Positions 1 to 10,928 of a stretch of DNA of 64,000 nucleotides are shown here, in pieces. A program made the position numbers and the translations under genes. The notes below the pieces were generated by a model. That model did not search any database, was not told the DNA's origin, and was given only the letters and a program-made list of their open reading frames with translations. Within the stretch, counting starts at the first letter, position 1; every line of letters begins with the position of its first letter. Source of the stretch: Elusimicrobiota bacterium (GTDB lineage: Bacteria > Elusimicrobiota > Elusimicrobia > F11); assembly GCA_044221725.1 (NCBI GenBank), contig JBGAON010000001.1:768001-832000 (forward strand). The letters are read 5' to 3'.

Positions 1-525
1 AAAGTAAACGCGGTCCGTTACGCGCGCACGCACAAAATTCCATTCTTCGGAATCTGTTTGGGCATGCAAGTCGCGGTGATCGAATTCGCGCGAAACGTTG
101 CAAACTTGAAGCGCGCGAATTCGACCGAGTTCGATCCGAAAACGCCACACCCGGTGATCAGCATGCTCGAGGAGCAAAAGAAAATTAAAAATCTTGGCGG
201 CACCATGCGCTTGGGCGTTTATCCCTGTCATCTGCGTCGCGGTTCCATCGCCTATTCGCTTTACAAGAAACCCCTCATTCAAGAACGGCACCGTCACCGT
301 TACGAATTCAATAATCATTACCGCCAGTCGTTTGCAAAGAAAGGATTGAACGTGGTTGGCGAATTCCGTGCAAAAAAATTGCCCGAGATCGTCGAGCTAA
401 AAGGGCATCCGTTTTTTGTTGGCGTACAATTCCATCCGGAATTTCAGTCGCGTCCGTTGCGCGCACACCCGATGTTTGACGGGTTTGTCGCGGCGGCCCT
501 GAAAAAGGCGATGGGGGGCCTTTGA
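1..525 (+). CDS. pyrG: CTP synthase, C-terminal glutaminase part (5' truncated by window)
   Basis: Frame is open from base 1; motifs [24 protein letters not shown] and QFHPEF. Confidence 0.97.
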   Translation, partial: KVNAVRYARTHKIPFFGICLGMQVAVIEFARNVANLKRANSTEFDPKTPHPVISMLEEQKKIKNLGGTMRLGVYPCHLRRGSIAYSLYKKPLIQERHRHRYEFNNHYRQSFAKKGLNVVGEFRAKKLPEIVELKGHPFFVGVQFHPEFQSRPLRAHPMFDGFVAAALKKAMGGL

Positions 526-1349
526 ACAAAACGGTCAGCGTCGGATCCATTCGTTTCAACAACGACGAGCGCATCGTGCTCATCGGTGGGCCGTGCGTGA
601 TCGAATCGGAATCGCATGCGTTTCAAATGGGTCGCAAGCTCAAGCAGATCGCGGCGTCGCTAAAGGTCCCGTATATTTTTAAAAGTTCGTACGACAAAGC
701 GAACCGTTCTTCGCTGAATTCGTTTCGCGGGCCGGGTTTGCGCGAAGGGCTGCGAATTCTTGCGCGCATCCGTTACGAACTTGAATTGCCCGTGCTCACC
801 GACGTGCACACAGCGGAGGAAGCAACCGAAGCGGCGGGTGTCGTCGACGTGATTCAAATTCCAGCGTTTCTCTGTCGGCAGACCGATTTGTTGATTGCGG
901 CGGGAAAAACAGGCGCCGTTGTGAATATCAAGAAAGGCCAATTCATGTCGCCCTGGGAAATGAAAAACGCGATTTCTAAAATTGAATCGACCGGAAACAA
1001 AAAGATTCTTCTGACCGAGCGCGGCAGCTCGTTTGGCTACAACAATCTCGTGGTGGACATGCGCGGGCTCGCGATTATGAAATCGTTCGGGTATCCGGTG
1101 ATTTATGATGCCACTCATTCGGTTCAGTTGCCCGGTGGTCAGGGGCACGCCAGCGGAGGGCAACGCGAATTCGTTTTGCCGCTCGCTCGCGCGGCAACCG
1201 GCCTCGGGGTTGCGGGTCTTTTCATGGAGATTCATACCAATCCCAACCAGGCGCTGTCGGACGGTCCGAACTCCGTCAAACTTTCCGATATCAAAAGATA
1301 CATGACGTCGCTAAAAAAATTGGATGCCGTTTCGAAAGAGGTGAATTGA
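522..1349 (+). CDS. kdsA: 3-deoxy-8-phosphooctulonate (KDO8P) synthase
   Basis: [41 protein letters not shown]; follows pyrG. Confidence 0.97.
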   Translation: MNKTVSVGSIRFNNDERIVLIGGPCVIESESHAFQMGRKLKQIAASLKVPYIFKSSYDKANRSSLNSFRGPGLREGLRILARIRYELELPVLTDVHTAEEATEAAGVVDVIQIPAFLCRQTDLLIAAGKTGAVVNIKKGQFMSPWEMKNAISKIESTGNKKILLTERGSSFGYNNLVVDMRGLAIMKSFGYPVIYDATHSVQLPGGQGHASGGQREFVLPLARAATGLGVAGLFMEIHTNPNQALSDGPNSVKLSDIKRYMTSLKKLDAVSKEVN

Positions 1350-1350
1350 A

Positions 1351-1581
1351 ATGAAACCGAACAAGGAAAATCCAAAAGACAAAAACAAGCCAGTCGCACC
1401 GACCGCGCCCGTGGAGCCGATGTGGCAGCCCACATGGAAATGGCATTTGAAAGTTTTGGGCGGCGTGTATGTGGTGCTGGCGATAGCGTATTTTGCGGTG
1501 TCGACTTTTTTAAGCCGTGTGCCGCCACCGTACAAACTTCGCGACATTCCAAAAGAAATCACGCCCTGGATGAAAAAATAA
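1351..1581 (+). CDS. Small hypothetical membrane protein (one TM helix)
   Basis: 76 aa filling the kdsA-kdsC gap exactly, TAATG overlap with kdsC; hydrophobic VLGGVYVVLAIAYFAVSTFL. Confidence 0.7.
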   Translation: MKPNKENPKDKNKPVAPTAPVEPMWQPTWKWHLKVLGGVYVVLAIAYFAVSTFLSRVPPPYKLRDIPKEITPWMKK

Positions 1582-2123
1582 TGCCGTTGCCGAAGTCCGT
1601 GCTCGTGTCGCGGGCGAAGAAAATCAGGCTTGTTGCGATGGATATCGACGGAGTTCTAACGAATGGCGATGTGCTCGTGCTCGAATCCGGAGAAGAAGTG
1701 AAAGCATGGAACGCGAAGGACCGGTTGGTGTTGGCTTTGCTTCGTGATTCCGGAAATCCGCTGACGATTGCCTGGATCACGGGTCGCTCCTCAAACTCCG
1801 TTGTGCGCTCCGCCCTCGACCTTGGTATTCCCCACGTGATTCAGAAATGCTCGGCCAAAAAAGCAGCGCTCGAAAAAATTCTTTTGAAAACCGGCATTTC
1901 TATTTCGGAGGCGGCGTACATTGGTGACGATATTATTGATTTGCCTGTCATGAACGCGGTCGGTTTCGCTGCGTGTCCGGCCGATGCCGTGACGGACGTG
2001 AAGAGAATTTCGCATTACGTTTCTCCACTGGAGGGCGGTCGTGGCGTGGTGCGTGATGTTTTGGAATTTGTGCTACGGGCCCAGAAAAAATGGGACGACT
2101 TGCTCTCGCCTTTCTTGCGATAG
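1581..2123 (+). CDS. kdsC: KDO 8-phosphate phosphatase (HAD)
   Basis: DIDGVLT, ITGR, IGDDIID, GGRGVVR; start moved to ATG 1581. Confidence 0.92.
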   Translation: MPLPKSVLVSRAKKIRLVAMDIDGVLTNGDVLVLESGEEVKAWNAKDRLVLALLRDSGNPLTIAWITGRSSNSVVRSALDLGIPHVIQKCSAKKAALEKILLKTGISISEAAYIGDDIIDLPVMNAVGFAACPADAVTDVKRISHYVSPLEGGRGVVRDVLEFVLRAQKKWDDLLSPFLR

Positions 2124-2704
2124 CGACGGTGTTCGGAGGGAGCGCGTGTCGCCGCTCCGCTTCTTCGTCGTCCACGACGGCTCCCGCTGCCAACGGTCGC
2201 GAGGTGTCCGAGTTGAAAATGACCGCCATGCACGTGCAATCCTACAGCGAAAGTGGGCTTGAGTGGGAAATGAACGCGCCGTTCGGCGAAGTGTTCACAC
2301 ACAAAAACATCATGCGCGTGAAGGACATGAGTGTGCAACTCTACGAGAACGGCACCAAGTCGAGCGATGTATCGGCGATGCGTGGAATTATGTCGACGGG
2401 TCCCAAGGTGGAATCCAAAACGCCGGTGGGCGGACCGACGGCCGCCGATGTGAGCTTGGACCAAGGCGATATGTATTTGGATGGTAATGTGGTCATGATA
2501 TCCACGGACGGCAGCAAACTCCTCACCGATTGGGCGCACTATCACAAGAAAACAAATTTGATCACGTCGAAGGCCCCCGTGCGCGTTGAAAGAAAAGATT
2601 CGATCACAACCGGCATCGGCATGGAAGCTTCCGCCGACATGTCCCACGTGCACATCTTCAACGAAACGCTAACAATTCCCGAACAACCGGGAGAAAAACT
2701 TTGA
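2090..2704 (+). CDS. lptC: LPS export protein LptC-like
   Basis: N-terminal hydrophobic/lipobox-like segment, beta-jellyroll-like sequence, position between kdsC and lptA. Confidence 0.75.
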   Translation: MGRLALAFLAIATVFGGSACRRSASSSSTTAPAANGREVSELKMTAMHVQSYSESGLEWEMNAPFGEVFTHKNIMRVKDMSVQLYENGTKSSDVSAMRGIMSTGPKVESKTPVGGPTAADVSLDQGDMYLDGNVVMISTDGSKLLTDWAHYHKKTNLITSKAPVRVERKDSITTGIGMEASADMSHVHIFNETLTIPEQPGEKL

Positions 2705-3564
2705 GTAAGGACGGTGGATTAATTCCCCACCCGAACCCTCCCCATTGGCAAGGCATGGGGAGGGGCCGCCACTTTTTGGTCTCGCAAATTTCGGGAGGGA
2801 ATTTTTTTCTCTCCTCCCCACGTCTCATCAGTGGGGAGGGTAGGGTGGGGCATAAATTCATTTTCATTTCCTTTTTCCTGTTGTTTGCCGCGCGAGCCTT
2901 TGCCGTTGAAACCACGATAAAAGGTGGTCGTATGGAACTGGTGAACAAAGGCGAGTCAGTGGTGTTTTCGGAAGGTGTTCAGTTGGATCGCGGTGGAGAT
3001 CAGCTGAAGGCAAAAAAGATGAAGACGAACCGCGACCGTAGTCAGATATACGCCGAAGGGAACGTGCAGCTGTTCCGGCAAGTGAGCGCCACCGAAACCT
3101 GGCACGCGTACGGCGAAAGCGGCTATTACGACACGAAAGCCGGCGGCGGCTATTTGACGGGGCCCGAGAAAAACAAGGCGCATGTGATTCATACGGAAAT
3201 TATTACCTCGACTTCCTCCCGCGTGGTGCATTTGTACGCGTACCGAATTGATTTTTTCCGCGAGGTGAAGAACGCGTTTGCGAAAGGCGCCGTGCACGGT
3301 TCAACCGTTGACCCGAGTACCGGCGAGCAATACGAGTTCTGGTCCGACGAGGCAAATTTTGAAGGAGCAAAGAACACGCTAACGCTCACAGGTTCGCCGC
3401 AGCCGGTTGTGATTCAGACCCTTGCAACCGGAAAGCGCACCGTCAAAGGCGACAAAATTGTTTATAACACGGAACTGAAAACAATGGCGAGCGAAGGGAA
3501 CGCCGAAGCGATTTTTGAAGACGAGAAGACAGAGAAAGCGAAGGAGACGCCAAAAACGAAATGA
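2701..3564 (+). CDS. lptA: LptA/OstA-family LPS transport protein; N-terminus interrupted by a palindromic element (alternative start GTG 2845)
   Basis: Signal peptide FIFISFFLLFAARAFA, OstA-like repeats (AEGNV, GDKIVYN); lies between lptC and lptB. Confidence 0.75.
   Translation: MSKDGGLIPHPNPPHWQGMGRGRHFLVSQISGGNFFLSSPRLISGEGRVGHKFIFISFFLLFAARAFAVETTIKGGRMELVNKGESVVFSEGVQLDRGGDQLKAKKMKTNRDRSQIYAEGNVQLFRQVSATETWHAYGESGYYDTKAGGGYLTGPEKNKAHVIHTEIITSTSSRVVHLYAYRIDFFREVKNAFAKGAVHGSTVDPSTGEQYEFWSDEANFEGAKNTLTLTGSPQPVVIQTLATGKRTVKGDKIVYNTELKTMASEGNAEAIFEDEKTEKAKETPKTK
2725..2850. repeat. 126-bp REP/MITE-like palindromic element, family A copy 1
   Basis: Terminal inverted repeats CCCCACCCGAACCCTCCCCAT...GTGGGGAGGGTAGGGTGGGG with two internal hairpins; similar to 31116-31232. 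Confidence 0.85.
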
Positions 3565-4280
3565 GCTTGATCGCCGAAAAGCTGGAAAAAACATACGGCA
3601 AACGAAAAGTCGTCAAAGGAATTTCTCTGCAGGTTTCGCCCGGAGAGATCGTTGGCTTGTTGGGGCCCAACGGCGCTGGTAAGACCACGACGTTTTACAT
3701 GATTGTTGGGCTCGTTCAGTCGGATAAAGGCACCGTCACCATGAACGGCAACAATCTCACGGGGCTTGCGATGTACAAGCGCGCCCGTTCGGGTCTCGGC
3801 TATTTGTCGCAAGAACCGTCCATTTTTCGGCAGCTCTCGGTGGAAGACAATTTGCGCGCCATTCTTGAGCATCAGCCAGGAACAAAAGGCGAGAAGGAGG
3901 AGCGCGTGAACACGCTCCTCGAGGAGTTTGGTCTTACGCGTCTGCGGTCGCAAATGGCTTCCACATTGTCCGGCGGAGAAAAACGGCGTTGCGAAATTGC
4001 GCGGGCGCTCACGACCAACCCGCAAATCCTGTTGCTCGATGAACCGTTCGTCGGAATTGATCCGATCACCGTAGCGGACATTCAAGGCATGTTGCAGTCA
4101 CTGAAAAAACGCGGACTCGGTATTTTGATTTCGGATCACAACGTTCAGGCCACGCTCGAAATTGTGGACCGCGCGAGCATTGTGTTCGAGGGTCGAATAT
4201 TGACGGAAGGGTCGTCTCAAAAATTGTTGACCGATCCGGAAGCCAGGCGTGTTTACCTTGGCGAAAAATTTAAAATTTAA
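3561..4280 (+). CDS. lptB: LPS export ABC ATPase
   Basis: GPNGAGKTT, LSGGEKRR, LLDEPF, SDHNV, VYLGE. Confidence 0.97.
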   Translation: MSLIAEKLEKTYGKRKVVKGISLQVSPGEIVGLLGPNGAGKTTTFYMIVGLVQSDKGTVTMNGNNLTGLAMYKRARSGLGYLSQEPSIFRQLSVEDNLRAILEHQPGTKGEKEERVNTLLEEFGLTRLRSQMASTLSGGEKRRCEIARALTTNPQILLLDEPFVGIDPITVADIQGMLQSLKKRGLGILISDHNVQATLEIVDRASIVFEGRILTEGSSQKLLTDPEARRVYLGEKFKI

Positions 4281-4326
4281 TACGATTCTTGGACCACCGA
4301 CGGAAATCCAAATAACATCGGAAACT

Positions 4327-4785
4327 ATGAAAGTACTTGAATTTCTTGATCCTTCGTGTATCACGTTGGAAGTTAAAAGTTCGACCAAAAAAGAAGCGAT
4401 AGCGGAATTGTGTCAGGTGTTGTACGCCAATTCCAAAATCAAGGACGCCGAAACGGTTTTGGGCGCGCTGATGGAGCGAGAGAAGTTGGGCTCGACTGGC
4501 ATCGGCCAAGGAGTCGCGATTCCCCATGGAAAATCCGAATCCACAGCAAATCTTGTTGGCGCGCTCGGAATCTCGAAGAAAGGCGTTCAGTTTGAATCGC
4601 TCGATGGTGAACCTGTCCATGTCATCTTCATGTTGGTTGCACCGAACGATTCAACGGGGCAACATTTAAAAGCCCTTGCCCGTGTGTCCCGCCTGCTGAA
4701 AGACAAATTTTTCCGCCAAGCCATCAAAGAAGCCAAAGTGCCCGCCGACATCGAAAAAATCATCCGAGAAGAGGACGAGTACTAA
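4327..4785 (+). CDS. ptsN: PTS EIIA (Ntr/Fru type)
   Basis: REKLGSTGIGQGVAIPHG; start ATG 4327. Confidence 0.9.
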   Translation: MKVLEFLDPSCITLEVKSSTKKEAIAELCQVLYANSKIKDAETVLGALMEREKLGSTGIGQGVAIPHGKSESTANLVGALGISKKGVQFESLDGEPVHVIFMLVAPNDSTGQHLKALARVSRLLKDKFFRQAIKEAKVPADIEKIIREEDEY

Positions 4786-4788
4786 CCG

Positions 4789-5745
4789 TTGAGCGAACTC
4801 ACAATAAAAGAGTTTTTTGACTCCTGCGCCAACGAGCTAAAGCTCGAGTGGGTGTCGGGACGAGCGGGGGAAACCCGCGTTGTTAATGTGAGTGAAGTAA
4901 ATCGACCGGGTCTTTCGTTTGCAGGATATTTCGAATTCTTTCGCCCGGAACGCATCCAAATATTGGGGCAAGGCGAATACGCTTATTTGCAAACGTTGGA
5001 TAACGCGCGGCGTTTGGCGATGCTCGGAAAGGTTTTCTCGTTTAAAGATCTTCCGTGTGTCATCCTCACGCATGGGCACGAACCGACCGCCGAAATCGTT
5101 GAACAATCCAATCGCAACAACATCCCTGTTTTTACCACGTCATTAACAACCGCGCATCTCGTTCGGGAGCTGTCTGTTTATTTGGAACGGCGCCTCGCTC
5201 CCATGGTCATGATGCACGGCGTGCTCACGGTCGTGTACAGCTTGGGTGTGCTGATCATGGGCGAGTCCGGTAGCGGCAAATCGGAGTGCGGTTTGGAATT
5301 GGTGAAGCGCGGGCATATTTTGGTTTCCGATGATGTTGTCGAAGTTCGTCATCACCCGGGCGACGTGTTGATCGGTTCGGCCGGCCCGCTGCTTAAGCAC
5401 TATATGGAAGTGCGCGGATTGGGCATTATCGATGTGAAACAGGTTTTTGGAGTAAGTTCGGTGAAAGACACCGCGCGCATTGAACTCATCGTGAAGCTTG
5501 AGATGCAGAAAGGCGACGGCGATTATGAGCGCATTGGACTCGAAGACCGAACCACGAATATTCTTGGTGTCCAAGTGCCCGAGGTGATTTTGCCGCTGCG
5601 TCCGGGGCGCAACGTCGCGGTATTATTGGAAGTGGCCGCGCTCAATCAGCGTCTTAAACAAGAAGGCGTGTTCGCTGCACGGGATCTGAACCAAAAACTT
5701 TTGAGCAAGATGGCCGCCTCAAAAACAAAAGGGGCAAAAGGCTGA
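4789..5745 (+). CDS. hprK: HPr kinase/phosphorylase
   Basis: NRPGL, HGVL, GESGSGKSE, MEVRGLGII, PGRN. Confidence 0.96.
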   Translation: MSELTIKEFFDSCANELKLEWVSGRAGETRVVNVSEVNRPGLSFAGYFEFFRPERIQILGQGEYAYLQTLDNARRLAMLGKVFSFKDLPCVILTHGHEPTAEIVEQSNRNNIPVFTTSLTTAHLVRELSVYLERRLAPMVMMHGVLTVVYSLGVLIMGESGSGKSECGLELVKRGHILVSDDVVEVRHHPGDVLIGSAGPLLKHYMEVRGLGIIDVKQVFGVSSVKDTARIELIVKLEMQKGDGDYERIGLEDRTTNILGVQVPEVILPLRPGRNVAVLLEVAALNQRLKQEGVFAARDLNQKLLSKMAASKTKGAKG

Positions 5746-6599
5746 GAGAGGCGTTTCATTGCATCATCGTTACCGGTCTCTCTGGCGCAGGCCGATCGGT
5801 GGCGCTCAACGCCCTGGAAGATTTGGGCATTCTCTGCGTCGATAATCTCCCGCTGCAACTGCTGCCAAAATTGGCGGACCTGTACCACGAAAGTGGAGTT
5901 TCACTCAAACAAATCGCCGTGGGCATCGACGTTCGCATTGGTGTGTTGCTCGACGAAGTCACAAAGTCGCTGCAGGATTTGTCGCGGCGCGGCATCACGT
6001 ACCAGATTTTGTTTCTCGAAGCGAAAGACGACGTGCTCATGCGTCGGTTTTCGGAAACGCGCCGTCGTCATCCCCTCGGTCTTTCGCTTGCGGGCGGAAT
6101 CCGCGAAGAGCGTCGTCGCACGCGGGCGCTGCGCGTGATTGCGGACCGGGTGATTGATACAACAAACACAAACCCGAACGAGCTGAAAGGCATCCTCGCG
6201 CGCGCTATCCGGCTGCAAAAGACGAGAAAAATGACCATTACGGTCACGTCGTTTGGTTACAAATACGGAATTCCAATCGATGCCGATATTGTGCTCGATG
6301 TTCGCTTCTTGCCCAACCCGAACTACGTTCCGAGTCTTAAGAAGCTCACGGGACTCCATCACCGGGTGTCCAAGTTTGTATTATCGCAGCGCCTTACGAG
6401 ACGTTTCCTTGAGACGGTAAAAAACATGCTGGATATGACCGTTCCGCAGTATTCGAACGAGGGGAAAAGCTATCTCACGTTAGCGATTGGATGCACCGGT
6501 GGACGACACCGCAGCGTGGCATTGGCCGAGGTGCTCAAGAATTACCTCGCGATGAAGAAATTCCCAACACGGGTTGTGCATCGCGACATTGGAGTCTAA
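5742..6599 (+). CDS. rapZ: RNase adapter RapZ/YvcJ P-loop protein (probable CTG start)
   Basis: In-frame upstream extension gives IIVTGLSGAGRS; also CVDNLP, RRHPL, SFGYKYG, DVRFLPNP, GCTGGRHRSV. Confidence 0.92.
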   Translation: MREAFHCIIVTGLSGAGRSVALNALEDLGILCVDNLPLQLLPKLADLYHESGVSLKQIAVGIDVRIGVLLDEVTKSLQDLSRRGITYQILFLEAKDDVLMRRFSETRRRHPLGLSLAGGIREERRRTRALRVIADRVIDTTNTNPNELKGILARAIRLQKTRKMTITVTSFGYKYGIPIDADIVLDVRFLPNPNYVPSLKKLTGLHHRVSKFVLSQRLTRRFLETVKNMLDMTVPQYSNEGKSYLTLAIGCTGGRHRSVALAEVLKNYLAMKKFPTRVVHRDIGV

Positions 6600-6608
6600 A
6601 ACACAGCT

Positions 6609-7013
6609 ATGATCGGTATTTTGATTTTGACGCACGGCGCGTTTGGTGAGGATATGCTCAAAACCGCGTGCGGCATTATGCACGAGTCGGAAAAAATTGC
6701 GGCGCTGAACTTGTCGCGACGACTGGATTTTCCGACGCTGCGCAAGCGTGTTTCCGAGACGATTGAGCAGCTGAAAGCCGAAGGCGGCGTGCTCGTGCTG
6801 ATCGATGCGTACGGTGGCACGTCGTACAACACAACGTTGCCGCTTATGAACGTGCACACAATTTCGCTTGTGACCGGCGTGAACCTGCCCATGGTGTTGT
6901 CGGCGCTCACAAATCGCCACCGAATGACGCTTGATGCGCTGGCACGAAAAGTCTCGGAAGATGCGAAGAAAACAATTTCTGTTTTATCGAACACAAACGT
7001 ACCAACGAACTAA
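6609..7013 (+). CDS. PTS EIIA mannose/fructose family
   Basis: ILTHG, DAYGGT, GVNLPM. Confidence 0.88.
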   Translation: MIGILILTHGAFGEDMLKTACGIMHESEKIAALNLSRRLDFPTLRKRVSETIEQLKAEGGVLVLIDAYGGTSYNTTLPLMNVHTISLVTGVNLPMVLSALTNRHRMTLDALARKVSEDAKKTISVLSNTNVPTN

Positions 7014-7021
7014 CCGAACCC

Positions 7022-7300
7022 ATGATTGAGAAAAATTACACCATCAGTAACCGTCTCGGCCTGCACGCGCGGCCAGCGTCCCTTTTTGTGAAAACGACCT
7101 GCCGGTTTACGAGCTCGGTAAAAATTGTGAAAGACGAACGTGAGATCGACGGCAAAAGTATCATGGGACTCTTGATGTTGGCCGCGGGCCCCGGAACAAC
7201 GCTCACGATCAAGGCCGACGGACCGGACGAAAACGACGTTTTGACCGCCCTCGATGACTTGTTCGCGCGTCGTTTCGATGACGATGCCGAAGCGGAGTAA
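7022..7300 (+). CDS. ptsH: Phosphocarrier HPr
   Basis: GLHARPA (His15), DGKSIMG (Ser46). Confidence 0.96.
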   Translation: MIEKNYTISNRLGLHARPASLFVKTTCRFTSSVKIVKDEREIDGKSIMGLLMLAAGPGTTLTIKADGPDENDVLTALDDLFARRFDDDAEAE

Positions 7301-7303
7301 GTT

Positions 7304-9088
7304 TTGAGCGAACAGAAAGACACCGCGCTTTATCTTCGTGGCGTCGCCGCTTCCGATGGAATCGCGATCGGGCCGGCGTTCGTCATGGAAGACGAAGACG
7401 TCGCGGTTCCACGTTGGGAAATTCCGAAAGAACGCATTAAAAGCGAAGTCGCACGCTTCCGTTACGCGCTGGGTCGTACGAAAGACGAAATGAACACGAT
7501 CCACAACAAAGCGCTCAAGGTTTTCGGTAAGTCGCACGCGAAGCTCATGGATGCGTATTTGTTGATTCTGAACGATCCGTTCCTCAACAAAGACGTGATC
7601 AAGCTCATCGAAACGCAGCATGTGAACGCTGAATATGCGCTCACGCAAATCATCGATCGCACCATCAAAGTCATGGAAAATTTCGAAGACGAATATTTCC
7701 GTGACCGCAAATACGACATTTTGGACGTCGGCCATAAGGTGCTGCGGCACTTAATGGGGCATGAGAAGAAGACGTTGCAATCCATTTCCGAGCCCTCGAT
7801 TGTGATCGCACACAATCTCACTCCAACCGATACAATGAATTTGAAAGAGCACGCAGCGATCGGTTTTGCCACGAACATCGGCGGAAAAACATCGCACGCG
7901 GCGTTGCTTGCGCAGTCGATGACAATACCTGCCGTCGTCGGTATGCGCGATGTCACCAGCCGCATTCGCACGGGCGATCTTATTATTGTTGACGGTCATG
8001 AAGGCCTCGTGATTGTGAAGCCCGATCAGGCGACACTGACGCGTTACAAGGTGGAGCAGAGCCGCCGCTTCGACGAAGAACGCCGCTTGGAAAAATTGCG
8101 CGATTTGCCCGCGCAGACAACCGACGGTCACCGTGTCACGCTGGCCGCGAACATCGAAACCTCCGAAGATGTGAAAGTGGCGTTGTCGCACGGCGCGGAG
8201 GGCATTGGTCTGTTTCGAACCGAATTTTTGTTCCTGAATCGACGTCATGCGCCCACCGAAGAAGAACAGTATCAGAGTTACCGCCAAGCGGTGCGGGCCT
8301 CGATTCCGTATCCGGTCATTGTGCGTACGCTCGACCTGGGAGGCGACAAAATGTCATCTCTTGGGATGGGCGGCGTTTCGCCCGAGGACAATCCGTTTTT
8401 GGGTTTGCGCGGAATTCGATTGTGTTTGAAATTTCCCGAGGTGTTCAAGACGCAGTTGCGCGCGATCTTGCGCGCGTCCGTTGATGGAAAAATAAAAATC
8501 ATGTACCCCATGGTGTCGGGGCTCGATGAGCTTCGTGCCGCCAACGCAATTCTTCAGGAAGTCAAAAGCGAACTCCGCCAAGCACAGATTCCGTTTGATG
8601 AAGCGCTCGAAGTCGGCATGATGGTGGAAGTGCCGTCGGCGGCGCTCGTCGTTGATATTCTCGCTCGCGAGGTCGATTTCTTTTCTATCGGAACAAACGA
8701 TTTGATTCAGTACTCGTTGGCGGTGGACCGTGTGAACGAAAATGTAGCGAACTTGTATCAGCCGCTGCATTTGGCGGTTTTGCGGCTTATCGATCAGACC
8801 GTGAAAGCGGGGCACAATATTGGAAACAAATGGGTGGGCGTGTGCGGCGAAATGGCATCGGAGCCGGAACTTGTGCCCATTCTGATTGGATTGGATATTG
8901 ACGAGCTTTCGGTTTCACCAAGCGCGGTTCCAAAAGTGAAAGAAGTGATTCGTTCCACAAGCTACGCCGATTGTGTTCAATTGACGAAAGATGTGATGAA
9001 CGCGTCGAGCGTGGAATCATCGCAGCGCATTTTGCGTCTGTTCGCGATGCAGCAGCGGCAGCAGTCGGCCCTACCCTCCGCTCTCTAA
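7304..9088 (+). CDS. ptsI: PEP-protein phosphotransferase (Enzyme I)
   Basis: [53 protein letters not shown]. Confidence 0.97.
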   Translation: MSEQKDTALYLRGVAASDGIAIGPAFVMEDEDVAVPRWEIPKERIKSEVARFRYALGRTKDEMNTIHNKALKVFGKSHAKLMDAYLLILNDPFLNKDVIKLIETQHVNAEYALTQIIDRTIKVMENFEDEYFRDRKYDILDVGHKVLRHLMGHEKKTLQSISEPSIVIAHNLTPTDTMNLKEHAAIGFATNIGGKTSHAALLAQSMTIPAVVGMRDVTSRIRTGDLIIVDGHEGLVIVKPDQATLTRYKVEQSRRFDEERRLEKLRDLPAQTTDGHRVTLAANIETSEDVKVALSHGAEGIGLFRTEFLFLNRRHAPTEEEQYQSYRQAVRASIPYPVIVRTLDLGGDKMSSLGMGGVSPEDNPFLGLRGIRLCLKFPEVFKTQLRAILRASVDGKIKIMYPMVSGLDELRAANAILQEVKSELRQAQIPFDEALEVGMMVEVPSAALVVDILAREVDFFSIGTNDLIQYSLAVDRVNENVANLYQPLHLAVLRLIDQTVKAGHNIGNKWVGVCGEMASEPELVPILIGLDIDELSVSPSAVPKVKEVIRSTSYADCVQLTKDVMNASSVESSQRILRLFAMQQRQQSALPSAL

Positions 9089-9102
9089 ACGGAAACAGTT
9101 TC

Positions 9103-10887
9103 ATGCCAGACAATATTCGAAATTTCTGCATCATTGCTCACATCGACCATGGAAAGTCCACCTTGGCGGACCGCTTGCTGGAGCTCACTGGCACGGTCGC
9201 CGTGCGCGATATGCGCGGTCAAATTTTAGACGGGATGGAACTCGAGCGCGAACGCGGCATCACGATCAAAGCGAAGTCCGTGCGGATGGAATACCAGGGA
9301 AAGATTTTAAACCTCATTGATACGCCCGGACACGTGGATTTTACCTACGAAGTTTCGCGCGCCCTAAACGCATGCGAAGGCGCGCTGTTGGTCGTGGATG
9401 CCAGCCAAGGTGTTGAAGCTCAAACGATGGCAAACGCAGGCCTTGCTGCGGATGCTGGCCTAAAAATCATTACGATTATCAATAAGATCGATTTGCCGGC
9501 CGCCGATCCGGACCGCGTGCACGAAGAAGTTTTCGAGATTCTTGGTCTGGAAGACGATCCGATCTTAATCAGCGCCAAAACCGGCAACGGTGTCCCGGCC
9601 GTGCTTGACGCCATCATTAATCGCGTGCCAGCGCCCGGTGGAAACGCGGATGCGCCGGTCGCCGCTCTCTTGTTCGATTCGGTGTTCGATGTGTTCCGCG
9701 GTGTTATCGTGCACGTGCGTATGATGGAAGGCGAAGTGAAAGTCGGTGACCGTGTTCGGTTCATGGCCTCCGGCGAAGAATTTACCGTGGAAGAACTCGG
9801 TTATCTGGTAATGAAACTTCAGCCCGCGCAAAAGCTTTCGGTGGGCGAAGTCGGCTACATGATTCTCGGCATTCGCGACGCGGCGCAGGTGCACATTGGT
9901 GACACGATCACCTCGGTCGAACGCCCGACCGAAAAGGCGCTCCCGGGTTATCACGAAGTGAAACCGTTTGTTTTTTGCGGAATGTTTCCGATCAATTCGA
10001 GCGATTATCCGGTACTGAAAACGGCGCTCGAGAAACTTCATTTAACGGATTCGTCGTTTCAATACGAACCGGAAACATCGACGGCGCTGGGGTTCGGATA
10101 CCGCTGCGGGTTTCTTGGTCTTTTGCATATGGACATCATTCGCCAGCGTCTCGAACGCGAATTCGATTTAAGCTTGATCATCACGGCGCCCAACGTCATT
10201 TATCGCGTCGTTGATCAACATGGAACGACGTCCGAGGTGCACAACCCGGCGGATTTTCCGGACAGCGGCCACGAAACCGAAATCCAGGAACCGTATGTTC
10301 GCGCCACAATTCTCACACCAAGCGATTACACGGGCTCCATCATGCAATTGTGCCAAGATCGCCGCGGCATCATGATCGATATGAAATACGTGACCACCAC
10401 GCGCGTGCGGTTGCAGTACGAGTTGCCGCTCGCTGAGATTGTGGTTAACTTCTATGATCAATTGAAGTCGTTGTCGCGCGGTTACGCGTCTTTTGACTAT
10501 GAACCCGTCGGTTACCGTGCGGGTGATCTCGTGAAACTCGAGATTCTCGTTTCAGGCGAACCGTTGGACGCTTTGTCGTACGTCGTGCACAAAACGGGCG
10601 CGTACGCGTGGGGCCGGCGCATCACCGAGAAAATGAAAGAACTGATTCCACGCCAAATGTACGAAGTGCCGCTGCAGGCCCGCATCGAAGGCCGGATGAT
10701 CGCGCGCGAGACGGTGCCGGCGCTGCGCAAAGACGTGTTGGCCAAGTGCTACGGCGGCGATATCTCGCGCAAACGCAAACTTTTGGAAAAACAAAAAGAA
10801 GGCAAGAAACGTATGAAGCAATTCGGGACCGTCGAGATTCCTCAGGAAGCGTTTCTTGCGGTTCTGAAGCTGTCGGAAGATCAGTGA
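9103..10887 (+). CDS. lepA: Elongation factor 4
   Basis: [42 protein letters not shown]; start ATG 9103. Confidence 0.98.
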   Translation: MPDNIRNFCIIAHIDHGKSTLADRLLELTGTVAVRDMRGQILDGMELERERGITIKAKSVRMEYQGKILNLIDTPGHVDFTYEVSRALNACEGALLVVDASQGVEAQTMANAGLAADAGLKIITIINKIDLPAADPDRVHEEVFEILGLEDDPILISAKTGNGVPAVLDAIINRVPAPGGNADAPVAALLFDSVFDVFRGVIVHVRMMEGEVKVGDRVRFMASGEEFTVEELGYLVMKLQPAQKLSVGEVGYMILGIRDAAQVHIGDTITSVERPTEKALPGYHEVKPFVFCGMFPINSSDYPVLKTALEKLHLTDSSFQYEPETSTALGFGYRCGFLGLLHMDIIRQRLEREFDLSLIITAPNVIYRVVDQHGTTSEVHNPADFPDSGHETEIQEPYVRATILTPSDYTGSIMQLCQDRRGIMIDMKYVTTTRVRLQYELPLAEIVVNFYDQLKSLSRGYASFDYEPVGYRAGDLVKLEILVSGEPLDALSYVVHKTGAYAWGRRITEKMKELIPRQMYEVPLQARIEGRMIARETVPALRKDVLAKCYGGDISRKRKLLEKQKEGKKRMKQFGTVEIPQEAFLAVLKLSEDQ

Positions 10888-10928
10888 GTTCATCGGGCGA
10901 CGATTCAAAATATAAACGGGAGAAATAA

